Virus record (IMG/VR): IMGVR_UViG_3300000228_000008
Strand: one strand, 5' to 3'
Source: an uncultured virus (IMG/VR IMGVR_UViG_3300000228_000008)
Lineage: Duplodnaviria; Heunggongvirae; Uroviricota; Caudoviricetes
DNA: 64,000 nucleotides
Below, one piece after another: positions 56,259 through 64,000 of this stretch (positions are counted from its first letter, which is position 1; the number at the start of each line of letters is the position of its first letter). The notes under the pieces were generated by a model that ran no database searches, was not told the DNA's origin, and saw only the letters and a program-made list of their open reading frames with translations. The translations under genes and the position numbers were made by a program.

Positions 56259-56657
56259 ATGTTTGAAATAACTTGCGAAGAATGCAGTAGTCTTATAACT
56301 ATGGATTACCAAGCATCATTAGAGGATTACCTATATAAAGTAAATTATGTGACAAACGATATTACTTATATTACAGATACAGCTATAAAAGCATATATGA
56401 TATATAAATGTATTGGTTGTGGTAAAGTTTTTAAATACACTTTAAAAGATTTAGAATTAAAATTGAGGCAATCAATACATAAAGATGTTAGAAAATATAG
56501 AAAAATTTATGTTTTTAGAAATATATTAAATCCTGCTAATGTTGATCCAGACAATGGATTACTTTTTTGTGGTATTTGTGATGGTGTTGATAATCTTGGT
56601 AATTGCTATACAGATATTGTAAATATATGTCCTTTTGCGTGTAAAAATGAAGCATAA
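56259..56657 (+). CDS. Small zinc-binding protein, 132 aa
   Basis: CEEC, CIGC, CGIC and further Cys; downstream of the sigma70 promoter. Confidence 0.7.
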   Translation: MFEITCEECSSLITMDYQASLEDYLYKVNYVTNDITYITDTAIKAYMIYKCIGCGKVFKYTLKDLELKLRQSIHKDVRKYRKIYVFRNILNPANVDPDNGLLFCGICDGVDNLGNCYTDIVNICPFACKNEA

Positions 56658-59600
56658 TTTTTTAAGAGATAGTAAGTCTATCAGTAATTCTACACTGTGT
56701 AGATACGACTCTATGAGTGGATACAGTACGGATTTTTCTAAAAATGGTGATGTAAACGGTTGGGATATATACAATAACATTTACATGTACGGTTGTTGGA
56801 ATAATTTAATATTCGGATCATCACATTTAGATGAATGTTATATTGGTAGAACTACCGTTTTTTTATCTGTAAATGCAGAAGAATATTTTTTTATAGAGTT
56901 TATTTTAAAAGTAGTAGATGAAAATCCAAACAAAGTTGTAAAAGGTTTAAATAAAGGTAAAATAATGTGGTCAAGAACTGACGATAATGACTGGTCAGAA
57001 GAAAGAACCATTGAATTCAATATTACTGGTGTGGGTACTTGGGAATATTATAAATTGAACCTTGGGCCGTACAAATGGTGGCAAGGTGATATAAATAATT
57101 TACGTTTTTATCCTTTTATTGATGGTAATAAGAAAGACAAATTTTTTTTGAAGTACTTAAGAATCACTTCAGAAGATTTTTGGATGTGTACAAATACAAA
57201 TTGTTCTTTTTACCAGTTGTATAATCATCCTTGTTGTGGAGCTGGTAGTAGGCCATATTGTGAAGCTACGGTTAAAAAGAAAAATTACTCTTTTGTACAA
57301 GGTGTAAGTAGCGAATTATTAATAGATATAGATAGTTATGGTATTGAACCAATAGAACTTGGTAATAATTTACTAGTGTCTGGGAACGATGTAGCTAAAA
57401 TAATAGGTAATAATATTAGTACTATAAACATAGGAGGCTACTCGTTTGCTGAAATTAATTATACTGATGAAAATGTGATACGTATTTATAGTGGTACAAA
57501 TGGTAGTAATAGTAGTATCGTAATACATTACTCTAAAGCAGCAGAAGAGCTTGGGTTTTTTAGTGTGAATAAAGAAGCCATATACACATATGTTAGTGGT
57601 ACAATACAAGCGTCTGGGTTTGATTACGCAAGTACCAAACTATTACAAACTTTTGAGATAAATTCTTTAATAAATGGAAGTAATGATGTGGCCTATGTGC
57701 ATAATCCTTCACAGTATTCTGTGGAAGGCGGCAGAAGAGACTTTAATGAAATTGGTACTTCAAAGCTTATATCATCTATTGAAGATGTTACTATATTTGT
57801 GTCGTTCGATAATACAGGTAAGACTATTGTAGATTTGTCAAAAAGAATAGATAACAATGGTAAATTAACGCATTTTTGGGTTTATGGTGTCTTAAATCCT
57901 GGGGCTTCCTTGAAAATTTTAAGGCCTCATAATGATGGCAGTTTTTCAGTTATACATACAATACTTTTGCCTACAAAGGAAGCTAACACTTTATATACGT
58001 CAAAACCGTTAGTTTCTCAAGTGACCTGTGATGTTTTAGTTACTAAAGGTGACTTATTAGGTATATATAATGCTAATTTATATGTTGGTCAGACAGCCAC
58101 AAAACTGCCAGACGCAACGTTTATTCAATTTTCTGGAGATATTTACGGAAGAGTTTATGAAAGTGTTTCACATTCTTATGGTGTTGGTGGGTTTGCTATG
58201 TATGCAAGAGGTGACTTAAAGCAGACTAACACAATATTAGATATTGATTTAGGTAATCGATTGAATATTTCAGAATTTGTAGTATCAGGAGAAGAGTTAG
58301 AAAATTATTATGAATTTAATATAGCCTCTTGTTTAGATATTACTTGGGAAGTTGATTTATTTAATGAAACACACAACCATTCAGGCTACTATGCAATCAC
58401 TCTCGATAGGTGGTATGACACACATAATAATATTTATTATGGTAAAGAATGCTTAGATGATTTAATTATAACTGCCGATAATGGTAAACAAGGTGATGTA
58501 TATTCTCAAAATAATGGATTAGCTACTCAAGGACATCATGCATATTTTTATGTAAACGGTGATTTTGAATGGCCTTATAGTACAGTGTGTACAGGCCTTA
58601 CAGAATACTGCGGAAATAAAGTCCCAACTTCAGGAGTACTTAATTACATATCGGATCCAATAGCTTTTACTTTACTTTTTCCAGAAGAATACGAGTATGA
58701 TATTCATAAAAGTATTATGTATTTTAAAGAGGAAAAAAATTTTAGAAATATAGCGTTATCTACTTATGGTGGTTTTTATAATTATTTAGGTAATGCTGAC
58801 TCTATTGAATATAATTTAATTCCAAATTATAAATATATTTATTTAAACGGCGTTAAGTACTCTCCAGAAGATAGTGACAACATAAAAAGATATTTATTTA
58901 AAAATCCAGCAGTTTCTACTATTTATGCACAAGATTATGATGATTTAGAGAAGACAGCTGATCATATAGCTACATATTTTGTATATTGGTCCATCTTAGG
59001 GCATGAGTTCGACCCAATATCTTGTAAAGGTTTTAGGATTTATTGTGATAGTCATTATAGTACAAAAATTACAGAAATAGAAGTATATTCTAAGATTAAA
59101 AGTGATACTTCTATGGTGGATAATACAGTATTACACTTTTCTGATTATGGTGATAAATGGCGATCAGCAGGGTTTAAAAAAATAGACGATAAAACTACAT
59201 CTGCTTTTATTGGAGGTACCCCTGGATACTTTAGAGTGACTTTAGAATCTCATACAACATTTAATATGCGAGAGATTTATGTAACAACAACTGAACAAAC
59301 ATATTTAGAAAATAGTACAGTTTTATTAACTGATACAAAAAATGGAGAAATAGGAGAAAGTACAGCAGTAGAAATAAAAAACACATATAATAAGGCATTT
59401 GATTTATCAATAGATATACCAAGAGACTTGGTTAGTAATAAAAATATAGTTTTTTGGAATAAATTAAATTCTTCTAGTGATCTTGAAAACTCAGAACTAG
59501 GTCCTTCGTGCCTACTATATAAAAACAAAGATCATATAATAACTTATATTGAAGGGCAGTGCGCTAATAATTGTTATACATATGGTTTAGTTAATTTAGT

Positions 59601-62600
59601 TAACAATAAGGATGCCTATTACTCTTTAAATACTTTCGATTGGAATTATTTTGGTACTGTGAGTTCTGGTGTTGCTTTATCTTTTTCAAATAAAGCATAT
59701 TTACATAGATATAAATTTTATAGTTCTTTATCACCAGTATCAAGTAAATATTGGAGACTTCAAATAGTATCATCTGATAGAGTCATAGTGGTGAATGATA
59801 TCATAGCTACTTATTTAGATACTAGGGTAAAAATTGATAGAATTCTTTTATCTGAAACTATTCCAAGTAATTATTTAAATTACATAGACAATGATGGATC
59901 CAATATACCTAGCTATTACACGTTTAAAGATTCATTTATTGATGGTACTTGGTATGAATTCTCAGTATCTGGTTCTAGTAGTCCAGAATCCTATGTTGTA
60001 AATAATGAATATTTATACATCAACAGTAAAGGAGGCACAAGTAATTTAAGTACATATAGTTTTAGTAACTCTAATAACTTTGAATTTACAATAAAATACT
60101 ATTTTACTGTAGCCACTACAACTATTTATGCAAACACAAGTTGTAACTTCGAATTTTATAATGCAGCAGATAAACTTTTTAGTATTAGTTGGACAGTTAC
60201 TGCTAATGTAGACACTTCAAGTTGTGCTTCTACACTGCACAAATTAAGTATTTTTGTTTTGACATCTAATGTGTATAATAATACAACTTTAGGTTGTTAT
60301 TTAAATGTTAATACACTAAATACAATAGTACTTAGAAAAGCAGGTACAAAAGTCTCTTTATATTTAGGTGAAAATGTTTTTATAACAACTTTTGATTTAG
60401 GTTACGACTATAACATTACTTCTTTTTATTATAGAACTACATCATCTGTAACAACATCAAGGGTATATCATGTAAGTTTTAAATATAGAGTGTTGCTATT
60501 TGGTGAATATTGGGTTGGGATTAGATTACACAATAATGATCCAATAGATAGAATAAATTTAATTTCTACTGGCAATGCTTTGACTATGAAAGTATTAACA
60601 AGTAATGATAATAGCTTATATAGTATATGGGAAGTTGTGTCTCTAATAAGAGAAGATCTGCATATATATTTCAGTGTCGATTTAGAAAAACGCCATAGTT
60701 TAGCCATAATTAGAAATTATGGCTCAGGTAATCTTTTTTATGTTGCATTGACATTGAATACAGTTTTTTCAAATACGTCTGGCGATATTTATAACGCAGA
60801 ATTTAATTCTACAAGTAGCGATTGTAGATGGGTAGGTGTAAAAATAAATTGTTCTGATAATATATTAAAGTCTATTGAAAAGTTAGGCATATATACTGAT
60901 ATTACTATTCCTTTTTGTAAAGATGGTGGGTTAAATAACACTTGGATTTCATTACCAAATACATTGACTAGTTATATGCCAATAAAAAATGTGGCTTTAA
61001 ATGCTACAGTTTCTGGTACTAGTTTTTATAAAGATCATATACCAGAAAGATCAGTTAATGGTGAATCATCAAAATTTGGGCCAGAATTTTGCTGGGCCTA
61101 TAAAAAAGATACAAACCCTGTATTATACATAGAGTTTGGTGGGGAGTTTAATGTAGGGCATTTTATAATGCATAATGGGTACTCTTCTGATATTAATTCA
61201 GGGTATAATAAAAGCTATAAACTTAGTTTAGACAACACATCTTCTGGAGATAGTAGAACTTGGGTATTAGTATATACAGCTTCTAATATAACAGATTCTT
61301 CTACTAGAAAACACTCGTTTGATTATGTGCATGCAAGAAGAGCTAAATTAGAAATTACCTCTTTTGATTATATTGAAGTTATTGAAGACATTTCTGATAG
61401 TACATATTTAGTTGTGTATATAGGATTTCTGCGTGAAATAGAAATATTAGCTAAGGAAAATACTACTATTATAAGTAGTGAGGACTATCCTATTGTTTGT
61501 GTAGATTTAAGAAGTAGTTTCAACGTAGTAGATGTTAAATTATACAACCCTTTTCAACAAGACGACAGTCTTATAACAGATTCTTCTAATAATATGTGGG
61601 ATAATTCAAGTGAATTTATAAGTTACTCAGATAATATAACGTCTGATCCTACTAAAGCCACTTTTAGCAGAGGTCAGGATTATACTACTGAGTATGAAAA
61701 TAATTTAAATACGGGGGATTTGAAGTACTCATATGAGTATACTATAGTTACTGCTTTATTTTTATCAAAAGGTCATCATTATATTGGTTGGGCTGCTTAT
61801 TATCCAGAAAATGTAGAGGAAATTAGTATAGATTTAATAGGAGATGAAGATTTACATATATATGCTACAAATTATGGTACTGGTTGGAAAACACAACAGC
61901 ATGAGTTTTTTACTACTTATGATGGCTATTATACAATATACGCAAGACAGAATATAAGCAGTAGTTACTCATGGGGGGTTTCAAATATTAAAATATATAG
62001 GTTATATGATTTAACTAGATGGGTAGCTATTGTACGAGATACTGCTACTAACTATGCGTATAATTTTGTTGACGATATGTCTTCTCCTGATTTCTTAGAT
62101 AAAATTGGGATTTATAGTTCAGATGTACTAATTCCATCAGAGTATTGGTGGTGGTGGGGTTCAGATCTTTCTTGTTTATCGAATGACAGTGCAACTGTGA
62201 AGGTAGGAACAAGGTCGTTAAAAGTAGTATATCCAGCATCGTCTGATATTGATACATTACGTTTAATTGAAGCAGATCATTTTGGTAAAGATTTATTGTG
62301 GTCTATGTTAGATGCTTTTCATTTTTATTTATACGTTGATAATATAGATAATTTAGATACTACTTTTGGCAAAATAGTATTAGGATCTGTGGACAGTACT
62401 TCTTCTGATTTTTATTACTCTTGGGATATAGCAACAATTCCACTAGAGACTGGTTGGAATGATATTAATTTAAATTTTTATAACTATTCAAGTGTATATC
62501 CAACATCAAAAGGTATAAATGGTGGTTTTCTAGATACTATTTTATGTTTTAAAATTAACGAACGAAATATTACCTCTTTATACATACAATATAGGGGCAG

Positions 62601-63450
62601 GGGTTCAGAAGTTACTTTATTTTTCGATGATTTTAGAATAAGACGTAATACATTTGATACATCTGTTATGTATTCAAAAGGGTTGTGTTTAACATATAAT
62701 GATTATTTAATGATGCCTTTATCTAACATAAACTTAGATAAGGGGTCAATTGAGTTTCATGTTAAAATGGGGGTAGACTCTTTAGGAAGAGACTCTTTTG
62801 GAGAACTACACGCAGCTACTTTATTTACATTGAGTAGTAATTCAAATGATATAGTGTCACTAAGGATTAAACCAGGAAATTGGTTCGAGGTTTTTGCAGG
62901 TAATATACGTAATCAAAGTTTATTTAATACAACAGAATTATTAGCACGTACTTTTGTTGGTATTGGTAGTATAGTACATATAGGTCTTGTTTGGAGTAAT
63001 GATGGTAGTGGGACTGTTGATGGTTACACAGTAAAGTTATTTATAAATGGAGTACTTACTTTGAATAGCATCTCTGGTTGGAAAGTATCGGATACAAAGT
63101 TATCTTTTTTTAAATTGGGTGGAGGAATATCGCAGACTTCTCAAGTACATGCTAATCACAGCGCATTTATTTTCGAAAATGTTAAAGTATATAATTATTG
63201 TAAAGACTCTTTTTTAATTTATACCCAAGATATAGGTGGCGAGCATTTATATACACCAGAAAATTTTATAGAAATTTCAAATGATAACATAAATTTCGTG
63301 TCGGCTGGATCAGAAAATCTCCCAATGATTTTTGAACAAGTACCAAGCCAAGAATCAAAAACTATATATATTAGAACCAATAAAATTAAAAAATTAAAAT
63401 CAACAGGTAGTAATGCCCAAATTACAGTAGACTGGTTAACTACCGTTTAA
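56647..63450 (+). CDS. Very large adsorption/tail-associated protein with carbohydrate-binding-type domains (discoidin F5/8-like, C-terminal LamG-like)
   Basis: About 2267 aa from ATG 56647; KNVALNATVSGTS...SVNG...W...LYIEFG...ARRAKLEI...LREIEI discoidin pattern; KGSIEFHVK...HIGLVWS...KLFING...FENVKVYN LamG pattern. Confidence 0.65.
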   Translation: MKHNFLRDSKSISNSTLCRYDSMSGYSTDFSKNGDVNGWDIYNNIYMYGCWNNLIFGSSHLDECYIGRTTVFLSVNAEEYFFIEFILKVVDENPNKVVKGLNKGKIMWSRTDDNDWSEERTIEFNITGVGTWEYYKLNLGPYKWWQGDINNLRFYPFIDGNKKDKFFLKYLRITSEDFWMCTNTNCSFYQLYNHPCCGAGSRPYCEATVKKKNYSFVQGVSSELLIDIDSYGIEPIELGNNLLVSGNDVAKIIGNNISTINIGGYSFAEINYTDENVIRIYSGTNGSNSSIVIHYSKAAEELGFFSVNKEAIYTYVSGTIQASGFDYASTKLLQTFEINSLINGSNDVAYVHNPSQYSVEGGRRDFNEIGTSKLISSIEDVTIFVSFDNTGKTIVDLSKRIDNNGKLTHFWVYGVLNPGASLKILRPHNDGSFSVIHTILLPTKEANTLYTSKPLVSQVTCDVLVTKGDLLGIYNANLYVGQTATKLPDATFIQFSGDIYGRVYESVSHSYGVGGFAMYARGDLKQTNTILDIDLGNRLNISEFVVSGEELENYYEFNIASCLDITWEVDLFNETHNHSGYYAITLDRWYDTHNNIYYGKECLDDLIITADNGKQGDVYSQNNGLATQGHHAYFYVNGDFEWPYSTVCTGLTEYCGNKVPTSGVLNYISDPIAFTLLFPEEYEYDIHKSIMYFKEEKNFRNIALSTYGGFYNYLGNADSIEYNLIPNYKYIYLNGVKYSPEDSDNIKRYLFKNPAVSTIYAQDYDDLEKTADHIATYFVYWSILGHEFDPISCKGFRIYCDSHYSTKITEIEVYSKIKSDTSMVDNTVLHFSDYGDKWRSAGFKKIDDKTTSAFIGGTPGYFRVTLESHTTFNMREIYVTTTEQTYLENSTVLLTDTKNGEIGESTAVEIKNTYNKAFDLSIDIPRDLVSNKNIVFWNKLNSSSDLENSELGPSCLLYKNKDHIITYIEGQCANNCYTYGLVNLVNNKDAYYSLNTFDWNYFGTVSSGVALSFSNKAYLHRYKFYSSLSPVSSKYWRLQIVSSDRVIVVNDIIATYLDTRVKIDRILLSETIPSNYLNYIDNDGSNIPSYYTFKDSFIDGTWYEFSVSGSSSPESYVVNNEYLYINSKGGTSNLSTYSFSNSNNFEFTIKYYFTVATTTIYANTSCNFEFYNAADKLFSISWTVTANVDTSSCASTLHKLSIFVLTSNVYNNTTLGCYLNVNTLNTIVLRKAGTKVSLYLGENVFITTFDLGYDYNITSFYYRTTSSVTTSRVYHVSFKYRVLLFGEYWVGIRLHNNDPIDRINLISTGNALTMKVLTSNDNSLYSIWEVVSLIREDLHIYFSVDLEKRHSLAIIRNYGSGNLFYVALTLNTVFSNTSGDIYNAEFNSTSSDCRWVGVKINCSDNILKSIEKLGIYTDITIPFCKDGGLNNTWISLPNTLTSYMPIKNVALNATVSGTSFYKDHIPERSVNGESSKFGPEFCWAYKKDTNPVLYIEFGGEFNVGHFIMHNGYSSDINSGYNKSYKLSLDNTSSGDSRTWVLVYTASNITDSSTRKHSFDYVHARRAKLEITSFDYIEVIEDISDSTYLVVYIGFLREIEILAKENTTIISSEDYPIVCVDLRSSFNVVDVKLYNPFQQDDSLITDSSNNMWDNSSEFISYSDNITSDPTKATFSRGQDYTTEYENNLNTGDLKYSYEYTIVTALFLSKGHHYIGWAAYYPENVEEISIDLIGDEDLHIYATNYGTGWKTQQHEFFTTYDGYYTIYARQNISSSYSWGVSNIKIYRLYDLTRWVAIVRDTATNYAYNFVDDMSSPDFLDKIGIYSSDVLIPSEYWWWWGSDLSCLSNDSATVKVGTRSLKVVYPASSDIDTLRLIEADHFGKDLLWSMLDAFHFYLYVDNIDNLDTTFGKIVLGSVDSTSSDFYYSWDIATIPLETGWNDINLNFYNYSSVYPTSKGINGGFLDTILCFKINERNITSLYIQYRGRGSEVTLFFDDFRIRRNTFDTSVMYSKGLCLTYNDYLMMPLSNINLDKGSIEFHVKMGVDSLGRDSFGELHAATLFTLSSNSNDIVSLRIKPGNWFEVFAGNIRNQSLFNTTELLARTFVGIGSIVHIGLVWSNDGSGTVDGYTVKLFINGVLTLNSISGWKVSDTKLSFFKLGGGISQTSQVHANHSAFIFENVKVYNYCKDSFLIYTQDIGGEHLYTPENFIEISNDNINFVSAGSENLPMIFEQVPSQESKTIYIRTNKIKKLKSTGSNAQITVDWLTTV

Positions 63451-63474
63451 TTAAAGTAGACTAAGGTTAAATTT

Positions 63475-64000
63475 ATGACAAAATATAACATGATTAATAG
63501 TAGTTATTTTACATCTAATACTACTAGTGGTACAGGTAATCGTAATCTAACTGCAACTGAGTTATATTCACTTACAGATGGTGTATTGGATACGATAGGA
63601 GTAACAGTAACAGGATCAGATATTTTATGTCTTGATATAGATTTAGGATACCGATTAAAAATAGATAGTATTTTATTATATGCTAGTGATTTAACGAAAT
63701 TACCTAATATTAACTTCTATTTTAAAAATTATGAAACCGATTCTTATATAATATGCTCTAAAAGTTCTTCTATAAACTCTTATGTAGGGACTACACCATC
63801 TCCTAGTGCACCTAGGTATGTTAGATGTACAGTTAGTGGTACAGATATAGGTATTAATGAATTACAAGTACTTAATGACGACAATATCATAGCTTTTGGT
63901 GTAGATGGTAATACTACTAGTACTATGCTAGAAAGTGCTCCGGAAGGGATTTATGGAGATATACAAACTATAGAAATATATAATAATACTGACAGTGATA
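63475..64000 (+). CDS. 3'-truncated structural protein with discoidin-like N-terminus (not in the ORF track)
   Basis: ATG 63475 with AAGG upstream; frame open to the window end (MTKYNMINSS...LTDG...LDIDLG...PRYVRCTVSG...INELQV). Confidence 0.75.
   Translation, partial: MTKYNMINSSYFTSNTTSGTGNRNLTATELYSLTDGVLDTIGVTVTGSDILCLDIDLGYRLKIDSILLYASDLTKLPNINFYFKNYETDSYIICSKSSSINSYVGTTPSPSAPRYVRCTVSGTDIGINELQVLNDDNIIAFGVDGNTTSTMLESAPEGIYGDIQTIEIYNNTDSD

Noticed and set aside
1..64000. Alternative genetic code (stop-codon reassignment), tRNA or rRNA genes
   Set aside because: Standard code gives near-complete coding coverage with very long ORFs; no cloverleaf or rRNA-like segment was seen in the few intergenic gaps

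Overview
AT-rich, densely coding window with essentially all real genes on the + strand. It is best read as the virion morphogenesis module of a large (jumbo-type) tailed phage. The order is: neck/head-completion genes, major tail protein, two tandem HNH homing endonucleases, tail-chaperone-like genes, a 23-kb giant ORF (7683 aa), baseplate/tail-tip genes, a third HNH gene, then large beta-rich Ig/LamG/discoidin-type adsorption proteins. The main observation is that the giant ORF carries a recognisable tape-measure core (about aa 3420-3750). Upstream of that core lies a collinear set of two-barrel RNA polymerase motifs, first beta-like (FEDQILVS, GRKLTTRYGSKGV, IDVRISSYGAAKR) and then beta-prime-like (GKKGSVAR, RFP, LDFDGDQIEVH). 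This suggests a single-chain beta+beta-prime virion RNA polymerase embedded in a tape measure protein, which appears cysteine-free and has a modular C-terminal cargo region. Secondary signals are a candidate phage-specific promoter motif, an RBS-sequestering pseudoknot, a sigma70 promoter flanked by inverted repeats, domain-shuffled HNH paralogues, and a T-x-S-G motif recurring across the structural proteins. All assignments come from motif reading by eye and gene order; no database search was run.
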